DNA of 23,837 nucleotides from a virus (Duplodnaviria; Heunggongvirae; Uroviricota; Caudoviricetes): IMG/VR virus record IMGVR_UViG_2534681835_000037, positions 1 to 23,837 of that record; one strand, 5' to 3'. Shown piece by piece: positions 1 to 8,503 of this stretch (position 1 is its first letter; each line of letters starts with the position of its first letter). The notes under the pieces were generated by a model. It saw only the letters and a program-made list of their open reading frames with translations, ran no database searches and was not told where the DNA came from. The position numbers and the translations under genes were made by a program.

Positions 1-63
1 CAGCGAGGCCACTTCGCGCCAGATATCGGATGCGCGGCTATGGCTCTCGTTCACCTGATTCAC
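1..63 (-). CDS. Possible N-terminal fragment of terminase large subunit, running off the window edge
   Basis: Minus-strand frame opens with GTG at 63-61 overlapping the small-terminase stop and stays open to position 1 (VNQVNESHSRASDIWREVAS...). Call rests on position downstream of the Nu1-like gene only; too short to recognise. Confidence 0.3.
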   Translation of the reverse strand, partial: MNQVNESHSRASDIWREVASL

Positions 64-536
64 ATATCGGCCTCATCACAACAGTCAATGACTGCCTTTT
101 CCAGTGTGTCGCGGATCTCATCAACCACAATCTGTACTTCATTCAGTTGTGATGCAGTCCACCCCCTGTCCCTCTCCAGCCGGTCAGGCCAGGTTTCCAG
201 TACCTGAACTATCGCTTTCACCACGACAGAAAAGGACCGCCTGACATCACTGACTGGCACAAGCTGAACAGTTTCATGCTGAAATTTAAGACGCTCGCGC
301 TCGGACTGATACCATGCCTTACGAGCGTGAGGATCCATATCCTCATCTTCGGAAGATGGTGGTTTTTCCAGCAACGAAGTTATCAAATCCGTCAGGAGAT
401 ACAGTTTTTTCTTTTCATTACTGCCTGGTGCAAGAGGAACATCCGCCATTCTGGCGGCAACAGTCTGCCGGTGCAGACCTGAAAGGGCTGCCAGTTGATT
501 AATATTTAACTTCATATTTTTCAGCTCGCCGTCCAT
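60..536 (-). CDS. Terminase small subunit, Nu1-like DNA packaging protein
   Basis: 158 aa ORF; N-terminal winged-HTH-like segment (LNINQLAALSGLHRQTVAARMA) resembles the lambda Nu1 N-terminus; GGAGG RBS about 9 nt upstream of ATG at 536; sits directly downstream of a cos-like region. Confidence 0.7.
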   Translation of the reverse strand: MDGELKNMKLNINQLAALSGLHRQTVAARMADVPLAPGSNEKKKLYLLTDLITSLLEKPPSSEDEDMDPHARKAWYQSERERLKFQHETVQLVPVSDVRRSFSVVVKAIVQVLETWPDRLERDRGWTASQLNEVQIVVDEIRDTLEKAVIDCCDEADM

Positions 537-539
537 TTA

Positions 540-760
540 CATCCCTCCACATAAACCGCAGAACAGAAGTGACTCTGTTTTTTTGTAAAGAAATGCCGCC
601 ATATAAAGATGTCGAACAAAAAACAACCACAATCATCATCTTTTTAATACTAACAGCATTAAAAACAACAAGTTACCATCATGATGATGATGACGATAAA
701 ATCACAAAAATGCGCCTTTTTCCGCGCCCGCCCGCCCCGTGTTCAGGCCCACCCCACCAG
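540..760 (-). other. Candidate cos region (cosN-like GC-rich core about 722-740, cosB toward the terminase gene)
   Basis: Minus strand reads GGGGCGGGCGGGCGCGG followed by ...CGTCATCATCAT...TAACTTGTTGTTTTTAATG...TTAAAAAG, which resembles my recollection of the lambda left end (GGGCGGCGACCT...CGTCATAACTTAATGTTTTTATTTAAAATACC); core lies about 200 bp upstream of the Nu1-like start, as in lambda. Confidence 0.45.
678..697. repeat. Short trinucleotide-type simple repeat (atcATGATGATGATGacgat) inside the cos-proximal region
   Basis: Direct reading of sequence. Confidence 0.6.
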
Positions 761-991
761 GAGGACCCGCAAAAATGATAATGGTTATCATTTGCAACAA
801 AATCCAGTTTCTTCCACCATCGCACCGGACTGGCGACTATGAGGGGACAACACCGCGCTCCGTTAACGCGGTAAACCCCGGTGTGTATCGTTTTTGATTA
901 TCCCCGCACACTCTCGCAGAGGAGTCTCCCTGTCGGGCTGCGGTCTCTGTTAATGCAGGAATACGGTGACGATACGGCGCATCAGCAAAAC

Positions 992-1459
992 TTAGTTCAG
1001 GCACTGAGTGCGGATATAGTCCTGTGCCCCTTCCAGCTGCTTCTGCATTGTCATCAACCGTTCTCTGAGGATGAAATAATCCCGTTCAGCGGTGTCTGCC
1101 AGTCGGGGGCCGGTTGCATTATCCACGCCGGAGGTGCCGGTGGCTTCACGCACGGTACCGGAGCAGGTGGCGTTGATCCGCAGGCGCTTACGACCAGCGG
1201 CAACATCAGCACGCAGAGTTTCATTTTCAGCTCTCGCATCGGCTAACTCCCTCGAGTATTTTGCATCGAGCGCAGCAACATCACGCTGGCGCACCTGCAT
1301 GTCAGTAATGGTGGCATTCGCCTGTTCCAGCTCTCTGGCTTTTTTATCACGCTGCGCTTTGTAGGTGAGCGCGTTGTCACGGTAATGGTTTGTTGCCAGC
1401 CACAGCGCACCACAGCCAACCGCCAGGACAATAATCACCACACACAGAACACGGTTCAT
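992..1459 (-). CDS. Rz: Rz inner-membrane spanin subunit
   Basis: 155 aa; N-terminal TM segment then coiled-coil region; close resemblance to lambda Rz (e.g. [57 protein letters not shown]). Confidence 0.9.
   Translation of the reverse strand: MNRVLCVVIIVLAVGCGALWLATNHYRDNALTYKAQRDKKARELEQANATITDMQVRQRDVAALDAKYSRELADARAENETLRADVAAGRKRLRINATCSGTVREATGTSGVDNATGPRLADTAERDYFILRERLMTMQKQLEGAQDYIRTQCLN
1054..1239 (-). CDS. Rz1: Rz1 outer-membrane lipoprotein spanin, embedded in the +1 frame of Rz
   Basis: 61 aa wholly inside Rz; lipoprotein-like N-terminus (LVVSAC), proline-rich body ([27 protein letters not shown]) very like lambda Rz1. Confidence 0.85.
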   Translation of the reverse strand: MRELKMKLCVLMLPLVVSACGSTPPAPVPCVKPPAPPAWIMQPAPDWQTPLNGIISSSENG

Positions 1460-1612
1460 CTCTCTTTCACCCCACCAGTCCCGATAACGTCAGGACTCGC
1501 CAGGCGGTGGAAAAGAAAATGGCAACCAGCATGACTAAAAATGAAATGCCGACAAGTACACAGAGGCTCTTCACCAGCGTTATGAGTTTATCTGATATCA
1601 TTAGCCACCCCA

Positions 1613-1822
1613 TCAATCCGCCTTTGTTATTTTCCCTTTGCCTGTATCAGCCAGGACAAAATCAATCAGCATATTCGCTTCATTTACCAGCGTACGGATT
1701 TTTGATACATGCGCGGCTTTAACCTGTTTCCACTCATTCAGCCCGGTAGCAAACACACTGGCAATGTTTTTATCCCGTTTCATGTCAGCACAAGCCTGGT
1801 TGAGTTCTTCCATCACGCTCAT
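1613..1822 (-). CDS. Hypothetical protein, translationally coupled downstream partner of the AntA-like gene
   Basis: 69 aa ORF; its ATG overlaps the upstream gene stop (ATGA arrangement at 1819-1822). Confidence 0.4.
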   Translation of the reverse strand: MSVMEELNQACADMKRDKNIASVFATGLNEWKQVKAAHVSKIRTLVNEANMLIDFVLADTGKGKITKAD

Positions 1823-2181
1823 TTTACGGGGATTAACGACAAAACCCTTCGTCCAGTACTCGTAAAGAACATCGTCGCACTCTTCCTGATACCGGATGAC
1901 CTTATCGCGGATTCGGGTTTTACTTTGTTGGGATTAATGGTTTGTAGCCAGCCGGCAAGTTTTCGAAGTGGCATGGACACCATATTGCGTTGTTTCCCAT
2001 CCTCAGCAACCATAACGATTTCCGTTATAGTTGACGCAAAACGCTGTCTTAACTTAGCCAACTGTGATTGCCAGGCCAGCCCCATCCCCGCAACGACAGG
2101 TTTCATGGGAACGTATGGTTCGCCATTATGGTTAACTACATAAAGAGAGTTGCCGTGAAACGGCACGGCCATCATATTCAT
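1819..2181 (-). CDS. AntA/KilAC-type antirepressor N-terminal domain protein inserted between endolysin and Rz
   Basis: 120 aa; N-terminal region ([37 protein letters not shown]) resembles phage antirepressor N-terminal domains as I recall them; position inside the lysis cassette is where some lambdoid prophages carry ant-like morons. Confidence 0.5.
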   Translation of the reverse strand: MNMMAVPFHGNSLYVVNHNGEPYVPMKPVVAGMGLAWQSQLAKLRQRFASTITEIVMVAEDGKQRNMVSMPLRKLAGWLQTINPNKVKPESAIRSSGIRKSATMFFTSTGRRVLSLIPVK

Positions 2182-2289
2182 CGGTTATTTCCTTTAGTGA
2201 TGAACCTTGTCTCACAGGAATCCAGCCCACAGAAAGGCACCGACAGCCAAACCGGTATCCTCAAGGGTCATCCTGAAAGGTTCTGTGTT

Positions 2290-2311
2290 GTGAGATGCGC
2301 GTGAGATGCGC
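2290..2311. repeat. Perfect 11-bp tandem direct repeat GTGAGATGCGC x2 upstream of the ant-like gene
   Basis: Direct reading: gtgagatgcgc at 2290-2300 and 2301-2311. Confidence 0.7.
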
Positions 2312-2450
2312 AGAAATGACAAAGGCATCATTACGGTGCCTGAGTGTTAAACAACTGTTTTGACTTTATTCACTTACATTTTGCCAATTTGCAGGATTTC
2401 GTGTTATCCGTCCATGTAAGCAAACCTCATTTTTCAGCAAAATATTCTTC

Positions 2451-2984
2451 TTATCTGTCGATTCCCCAGCACGCCAGCGCGCTCTCCTGGTCACGACGGG
2501 ATACCTGACCGTAACAGTTGTTTGAACGAATACGGCAGTCTCTGCCACCGTCCTTAATCCACCAGCGAATCGCTTCGCAGGCACCTTTTCGATCACCTGC
2601 ATTAATTCGTCTGTAAAACGTCGACGGGAAACACTTACCGGGACCAATGTTGTACGGACAGAATGACGCGATCCCCGCTTTCTGGGGTTCGGTCAGCGGC
2701 ACTTTGATGTTTTTCTCCACCCATGCCAGCGCCTTATCCCGTTCGATAGCGTTAACCCGGTCGCATTTTTCCTTCGACAGCTTCATGCCAGGAATCACAG
2801 GCTTACCATCCACCATGATGGCGCCTCGGCAGATGGTCCAGATACCCGCACCATCACGGTATGCCGTGGTGTGGTTACCTTCCTTTTCATCCAGAAACTG
2901 GTCGAGGATTTCAGGCGCAGAAGCACCTGCGGCAATCAGCGCCAGAACGGCAGCCGATAAACCATAGCGGAGTTTCCTGCTCAT
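2451..2984 (-). CDS. SAR endolysin (phage-21 R-like, T4-lysozyme-type muramidase with N-terminal signal-anchor-release domain)
   Basis: 177 aa; weakly hydrophobic Gly/Ala-rich N-terminus (YGLSAAVLALIAAGASA); catalytic E-x8-D-x5-T arrangement (EGNHTTAYRDGAGIWT) typical of the T4 lysozyme family; placed between holin and Rz. Confidence 0.85.
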   Translation of the reverse strand: MSRKLRYGLSAAVLALIAAGASAPEILDQFLDEKEGNHTTAYRDGAGIWTICRGAIMVDGKPVIPGMKLSKEKCDRVNAIERDKALAWVEKNIKVPLTEPQKAGIASFCPYNIGPGKCFPSTFYRRINAGDRKGACEAIRWWIKDGGRDCRIRSNNCYGQVSRRDQESALACWGIDR

Positions 2985-2988
2985 CAGC

Positions 2989-3204
2989 TTACTCTCCCCG
3001 TGCCGCCTTACGCCTGTCCTCTCTGATTTTGAAATACAGGTTCGTCAGGTACGTCAGCAGACCAAACAGCAGACTCCCCAGCACGCCTATTGCCGCCCAC
3101 TGAGACGGGGAAACCCTGTCCAGCAACTGCAGGAACCAGTAGCCCGTTCCCACCGCTGACGTGGTGTATGACACACCTGTTGTGATTTTTTCCATCTGGT
3201 TCAT
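2989..3204 (-). CDS. Class II holin (phage-21 S-like pinholin) with dual-start motif
   Basis: Translation from ATG at 3204 gives [71 protein letters not shown], very like S21; GGGAGG RBS 6 nt upstream; second Met at 3195. The ORF track extends to 3258 but that extension has no RBS. Confidence 0.8.
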   Translation of the reverse strand: MNQMEKITTGVSYTTSAVGTGYWFLQLLDRVSPSQWAAIGVLGSLLFGLLTYLTNLYFKIREDRRKAARGE

Positions 3205-3280
3205 ACCCCGCCTCCCGCAATCCGGAAGCTCACAACAATAAAAAGACCACCGGCACACACCGATGGTCCCTGACGCATGC

Positions 3281-3526
3281 TTACATCATCATGTCGCTGT
3301 CCGGTGTGGGGTCACCGCTATCTGAAGCACTCCCCTCACCCGCGATGCCTTCCGGCTCCGGAGCTGCCGGTGCGCCCAGCAGTTCATCCAGAATGGCATC
3401 CACTTCTGCATCAAGACGCGCTTCCAGGTTATGGCGAAGTTTCTGTTTCAGTGCGCTCCGGACTTCTTCAGAGCGCAGGACTTCCTTCACTGCTTCAGCA
3501 GTGACCAGGGACGTAATTTCTGACAT
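3281..3526 (-). CDS. Hypothetical acidic protein (82 aa) upstream of the holin
   Basis: Internal ATG at 3526 of the 3281..3700 ORF begins [30 protein letters not shown]...; coding-like composition; no recognisable family. Confidence 0.4.
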   Translation of the reverse strand: MSEITSLVTAEAVKEVLRSEEVRSALKQKLRHNLEARLDAEVDAILDELLGAPAAPEPEGIAGEGSASDSGDPTPDSDMMM

Positions 3527-3566
3527 GGGATTTTCTCGTCGAAAGATGTGATTAAGAAAGTTGCCG

Positions 3567-3746
3567 CTAAATGAGCGGCTCTTCGGGTTTGCTTCCGGCT
3601 GACTGACTGGCGCTGATTTTCTCAGCGGCCCTTTTGTCAATCTGTCTGCGCCAGAAGTCACGCATGGCCCTGTACCCACCCGAAAGGAGATACAGCACAC
3701 AGACCACCGTACAGAAGTACAGCATCAGCTGATGAATAAATGTCAT
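3567..3746 (-). CDS. Hypothetical small membrane protein (59 aa), not in the ORF track
   Basis: ATG at 3746, stop at 3567; hydrophobic N-terminus MTFIHQLMLYFCTVVCVLYLLSGGY followed by a basic tail. Confidence 0.3.
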   Translation of the reverse strand: MTFIHQLMLYFCTVVCVLYLLSGGYRAMRDFWRRQIDKRAAEKISASQSAGSKPEEPLI

Positions 3747-3846
3747 AATTTCTTACCGTTATTGTTGACTAAGTAAACTGTTTTCATTTAAAAATGCCGA
3801 TGACGAAAGTGGTAGTATCTTTCCTTGATTCTCCATGAATCTCACA

Positions 3847-3880
3847 CCGCCAGAGGTCTCAGGCAACTGGCGGCTTTTTT
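3847..3880 (+). terminator. Plus-strand intrinsic terminator-like hairpin with T6 tract, antisense to the late operon
   Basis: ccgccag (3847-3853), 13-nt loop, ctggcgg (3867-3873), then cTTTTTT (3874-3880). On the minus strand the run precedes the hairpin, so it would not terminate late transcripts. Confidence 0.4.
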
Positions 3881-3881
3881 A

Positions 3882-5826
3882 TCATGCCGCGGCATCCGCG
3901 TTGTTCACTTCCACCGCAATGCTGTCAATCAGCACCGGGTAAGTCGCACCTTTGGTAATGTCTGTCACATGCAGTTTATCCGCCGCAAATGCACTGACCG
4001 GTGACTGCGTCAGCGTGAACGGTGTGCCATCCTGACCATCAATAACCGGCGTCACCTGAAGGCTGTTATTCCCGGCAAAGCGGAAGGCCAGCGTATGCCA
4101 TTCGTTATCAAATGCGCCAAAGGTTCCCAGTTTCAGGTTGTTTGTCGCCACTTTCGCATTGTGGTACATCACATTCAGGTCTTTTGCATCTGTCTGGATG
4201 TAGAACGCTGCCAGCAGGTTATTCCCCCCGTCTCCGGTCAGGGCAACGCCCTGTGGCAGTGAAGATACCGGCCAGTAAAACGCCATAACATACTGGTTCG
4301 CAGCCAGCACTCCCGAAACCTTAAAGCGGCAGCGAATCTGCCCCCTTTCTGTAACAGAGCCGCACCGTTGCCCGCGGCGTACTCCAGCACCCAGCTGCTT
4401 TTACCGGCTTCCTTGGTCAGCTTCACTGCCTTACCTCCGGTTCCCTCCGCATCGCTGACCACTTCTGCCCTGCCGCCACTGGCTGACCATCCCTGTACTT
4501 TCAGGCTTCCCTCTGACTCGCTGGCAAGGTAAGAGAGCAGTGTTGTGACGCCTGTGGCTTCTGCACCGGAAGGCGATGACGGGCGCACCTCTGATACTGT
4601 CGATGATGCCCCCGCGTTTAGCGCCACTCTTCCCGCATGGCGCAAAATCGCCGTTGCCAGACGGTCGGAAATAATCCCAGGCGTGCCCAGGCGCTGAAAT
4701 GGCTCGCCCTGTCCTGTGACGTCCAGGTGGCTGAGCTGTCACGCCATTTCGAACCGTAATATCCGATACCCGGAATGTCCGGGTCTTCTTCCGGTTTGTT
4801 CGTCGGCACATTCACCCCATTCTCATCCGTCATGAACGGTACGAAATGGATATTCTTTTCCGTTTTGTTTTTGTAGCTGCCGTACACCGTCTGGTACGAG
4901 GATTCGTTCTTCTGCTTCCAGAAATACGTCGTGTCCCCGCATATCCAGGGAACACCGTCAGCAGAGCCACCGACGCACTGACCTGCCATATCCGCCAGGT
5001 CTGCACGGAATTTATCAACCTGCGCACCAAACTGTGCTGCGTGATTTGCCGGCGTACCGCCAAAATCAAATTCCCCCTGCATCCACACCACGGCAAACAG
5101 CACATTTTTCGGATTCTTCTTCAGTGCTGCTTTTGTTCGACCGATAAGGTCCTTATACAGCGGCTTGTCCACACCCCAGCGGGTTGAATTCTCCGAGGCA
5201 CCACTCGCGTCACTGTATGTGCCATCGGCTCCGGTGGTGAACGCTGAACCACCACGACAGCACGGAACCAGCAGAATGCCCGCATTCGCCGGTATAAACG
5301 GCAGCAGTTTTTTGGCGATATGCAGCCCCTGCCCCACGGTTCCGTACTGCCCTTTTGACAGGTCCGCTTTCGGATGGTTAAGACGGCTCATGTCCTGCAC
5401 ATCATGCAGACAATGGTCCGCCGGAATGATGTCGTTATATTTGCATGCTGCACCGCCCGGTGTCACCGTACTGCGGCGCGCCAGCTGCTTAATACGCGGG
5501 TCCGGACGGTCATATGTCTCCGGCAGCGGAAGACCTTCACCATACGACATGCCATTTGACTGCCCTGCCAGAACCACAACAAAGTAATACTCCGGGTCTC
5601 TGGTGGCGCTGATTACTGCACCTTCTCCACCTGTCAGCTTCACCACAACAGGTGTGCTCACATCACCTTCTGCGACAATCGCCTGAATAAGTGCTGCGCC
5701 ATCATCCGTATACGAAGAAAACGGCCCACCGTATGGTTGCCATCCTTCACGAATTTTTTGAGCAAGTGCATCAGCAAGGTCTGACGGCGACACCGCCCTG
5801 ACCACATCGTAGTGTTTAAATACCAT
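3882..5826 (-). pseudogene. NanS-p-like sialate O-acetylesterase (SGNH/SASA hydrolase with N-terminal DUF1737-like region), disrupted by frameshifts
   Basis: N-terminal 411 aa frame contains the GQSN motif (VVLAGQSNGMSYGEG) and an N-terminal domain like prophage NanS-p esterases; the coding path continues in two other frames (ORFs 4238..4645 and 3882..4310). One shift is at a C5/G5 run at 4341-4345, another near 4725-4740. Lies upstream of the holin as in Stx-phage architecture. Confidence 0.7.
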
Positions 5827-7212
5827 GACCTTTTCCACCATATAAAGGAACAATAAATTCTTTTCTGATAGAGATTTAAATAAAAATACATTATTTTACA
5901 AAAAATAATATCCATTACAAAAACATCCGATTTTTTTATATTCCCGCTCATCCTGCTAATTTGTATTACAAAAAAATGAAACAACTTGAACCAAAGTGAT
6001 ACAAAATTAGAAAAGAAAACCCCAGGAAGACAAAGAAGACGATCTTTTTCAATGAGTTACACTGATTTATTGACTATGATTTTTAGCAAAACAATCGAAA
6101 GCAATGTGTACCGAGAAGGTTAAAAGATGGAATGGATAGTTATTGACACAGTGATATGCCCATCAAGCGGAATAACGTTTTCAACTGTATGGTGTAAAAT
6201 AAAGTTGATAATCTGGTATCAGTCAGATGTGTTCCTGCCACCCGGAAGTATTCTCACACCTGTTAACTCAGGTGTGATTATGGATAATAAGCTGCTTCCA
6301 TTAACCATTTACAACGTGACACCATTTAACAGAAAATTCTGGTTCCTTATCAGAAATCAAAAAGAGTGCCCCGGGAATTCAGTTAAAACAAAAATAAAAT
6401 GCCATAATAGTATGTGTGTACTGATGATATGCCCGTATGGATTATATAAGTAACAACATATGAATACATAACAGATAAACTATTGACCTTGAGGCTCATC
6501 CATATAAAGAAGAGCTCTCCGAAGAGGTGTGTATTTGCATGCACATTCCTTTTTTGCTCTATGTCATGACCTCCGGCGACTCTATCCCGGCGCCAGCAAA
6601 CCCGCATCATTCTCGTTTCCGGTGTCTCTAAAACCACAGCACACCTGCTCACTGCGCTACATATCAGCAACAATTTTATACCCGAACATTATCATTCAAC
6701 AGCATGGTTCACAACAACATCATAACCCAGGAAACGAGAATCAGATCAAAAAAACAGAAATTTTACATGAAAAATACTGTTTATTAATATTGATAGCGTC
6801 GTACCACAAAATACGATGAATTATCCCTGAACTTAACATTAATGCCAGTATGTATTGCCCGCTGGTATCAGCGGGCGCTTTAAGAGATCGTATTCATGAC
6901 TACCTGAGAAAAAGCTATTTTACTATTGTCAGTTTTTATTGCAGCCTTATCTGTCTACTTGCTTCACAGCCTGAACTGACCATATCTTTATCCATCCTTC
7001 CCGTCATCATGCGTGGCGTTACCCACTTGTCAGCAGGTAAGAAATGAAGGACTGCGGCGGCGGTTTCTGTCATATCTTGCTGTTTTAGCATGTCTTTTCC
7101 CTTCTGGTTAACATGACATACCAATAACTCTTGTCTAAAAAGCCAGCAAGATAAAAAGCCAGTATTCACGACCACCAGCGTGTTTACTGTACTGCACAAG
7201 GTTTACAGGTAC

Positions 7213-7234
7213 AAAAAAACCGCTCAGCGGCGGG
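7213..7234 (-). terminator. Weak intrinsic terminator on the minus strand (short GC hairpin plus T7)
   Basis: Minus strand reads CCGCTGAGCGG followed by TTTTTTT (plus-strand A-run 7213-7219, hairpin 7220-7230). The stem is only 4-5 bp, so this is tentative. Confidence 0.35.
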
Positions 7235-7271
7235 TTTAAGTTGTGTGGCGAAGTAACCACTCTTAACACGA

Positions 7272-7277
7272 TATAAT
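7272..7277 (+). promoter_or_regulatory. Candidate -10 element (TATAAT) for the DUF262-HEPN operon
   Basis: Perfect TATAAT 66 nt upstream of ATG 7344; no convincing -35 at 16-18 bp spacing. Confidence 0.3.
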
Positions 7278-7343
7278 ACTTTTTGCGTACGCGTTATAGT
7301 TTTCTTACAATCTATTTCCAACTCCAATTAAAGGAACAGTGAT

Positions 7344-8501
7344 ATGACCACACTCAAAGAACTCAAAGAAGAGCTTGCTCAGATTCAAGATGAAAACGCG
7401 AAAAATAGAAAAAAAGCTGAAATTGCAGCCTTGGTCACTTCTGCCGACAACGAGATTAGGCTTGCTCAGAGAAATATTGGATACAACGTACGTGAATGGA
7501 CCGTTGAATTAATTGTACAAAAGTATGGCAATAATCTTGAAACTGACAAAAACGAACTTTTTATTCCTGATTATCAACGCGATTACAAATGGGATATCAA
7601 AACAGCCTCTCGATTCATCGAAAGTATATTATTAGATTTTCCAATCCCGTACCTCTACATCTCCGACGTATTTAATGAAGATCCTGAGTTGGATGGTCGT
7701 GTAGAAATTATTGACGGTTCACAAAGGATTCGCTCAATTTACTACTTTTGGAACAATCAGTTTGAATTGAAAGACTTAAAAGAACTCAAAAGTTTAGAGG
7801 GCTTCAAATTTTCAGATCTTTTGGCTAGCCGCCAGAGGCGATTTTTAAGGGCATCACTAAGATTTATTGAATTGAAAGGTGATGTTGAGGAGCAACATAG
7901 AAGAGATTTATTCGAAAGAATAAATTCAGGTGTTAAGAGACTGGAAGCGATGGAGGTTAGACATGGTTCAGATGCGGCCACTTCAATTTTCTATAGGGAT
8001 GTTGTGACTCCTTGCTCAACAAATCCACTTTTCGCTAGTCTAGCTCCATTATCAGACCGGAAACGTTCGAATGGCGATCATCGTGAGTTAGTTTTGAGAT
8101 TTTTTGCATACTTAAATGATTTAGAAAATTATAAGGGTTATGTCGCTCCTTTTATTGACAATTATCTTAATGTTCAGGCCGAAAGGGTCACACAACAAGA
8201 TGTAGACAAATTTAAACATGATTTTGAAAGCATGCTTGCTTTTGTAGATGCTCATTTCCCTATGGGGTTTAAAAAGACACCAACAAGCAAAACCACCCCC
8301 CGTGCTAGATACGAAGCCATAGCAGTGGGAACTGCTCTTGCCTTAAAAGCCAATCCACATCTACAGGCTCCGGTTATTCCTGTAGGAGACTGGCTGTTTG
8401 GGGAGGAATTTGAAACCATAGTTACTGCTGATAGTGCCAACAACACCAGCCAACTCAAAAACAGAATATTTTATGTCAAAGATAAATTATTAGGAATGTA
8501 A
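7344..8501 (+). CDS. DUF262 (ParB-like nuclease/NTPase superfamily) domain protein
   Basis: 385 aa; contains the DUF262 signature motifs as I recall them: PDYQRDYKW and IIDGSQRIRS (DGQQR-like). No His-Me/DUF1524-type motif seen in the C-terminal half. AGGA RBS; AT-rich relative to the phage backbone. Confidence 0.8.
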   Translation: MTTLKELKEELAQIQDENAKNRKKAEIAALVTSADNEIRLAQRNIGYNVREWTVELIVQKYGNNLETDKNELFIPDYQRDYKWDIKTASRFIESILLDFPIPYLYISDVFNEDPELDGRVEIIDGSQRIRSIYYFWNNQFELKDLKELKSLEGFKFSDLLASRQRRFLRASLRFIELKGDVEEQHRRDLFERINSGVKRLEAMEVRHGSDAATSIFYRDVVTPCSTNPLFASLAPLSDRKRSNGDHRELVLRFFAYLNDLENYKGYVAPFIDNYLNVQAERVTQQDVDKFKHDFESMLAFVDAHFPMGFKKTPTSKTTPRARYEAIAVGTALALKANPHLQAPVIPVGDWLFGEEFETIVTADSANNTSQLKNRIFYVKDKLLGM

Positions 8502-8503
8502 CT

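Noticed and set aside
569-778. Plus-strand 69-aa ORF with an HHDDDDD stretch
   Set aside because: Lies across the cos-like region and the ATGATG simple repeat; low-complexity translation with no RBS; antisense to the packaging region.
881-1246. Plus-strand 121-aa ORF (also 1092..1364 and 1243..1431)
   Set aside because: Antisense or alternate-frame shadows of the well-supported Rz/Rz1 genes; not the lambda bor lipoprotein.
4431-4811. Minus-strand 126-aa ORF within the NanS-p-like region
   Set aside because: Arg-rich, junk-like translation in the third frame; the esterase coding path is better explained by the two other frames.
5854-7343. stx toxin genes or tRNA genes at the Stx-phage position
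   Set aside because: No ORF resembling StxA/StxB and no tRNA-like T-arm or acceptor features seen by eye; a tRNAscan-SE run would be decisive.
7757-8458. Minus-strand ORFs 7757..7981 and 8252..8458 inside the DUF262 gene
   Set aside because: Antisense shadows of a gene with clear family motifs.
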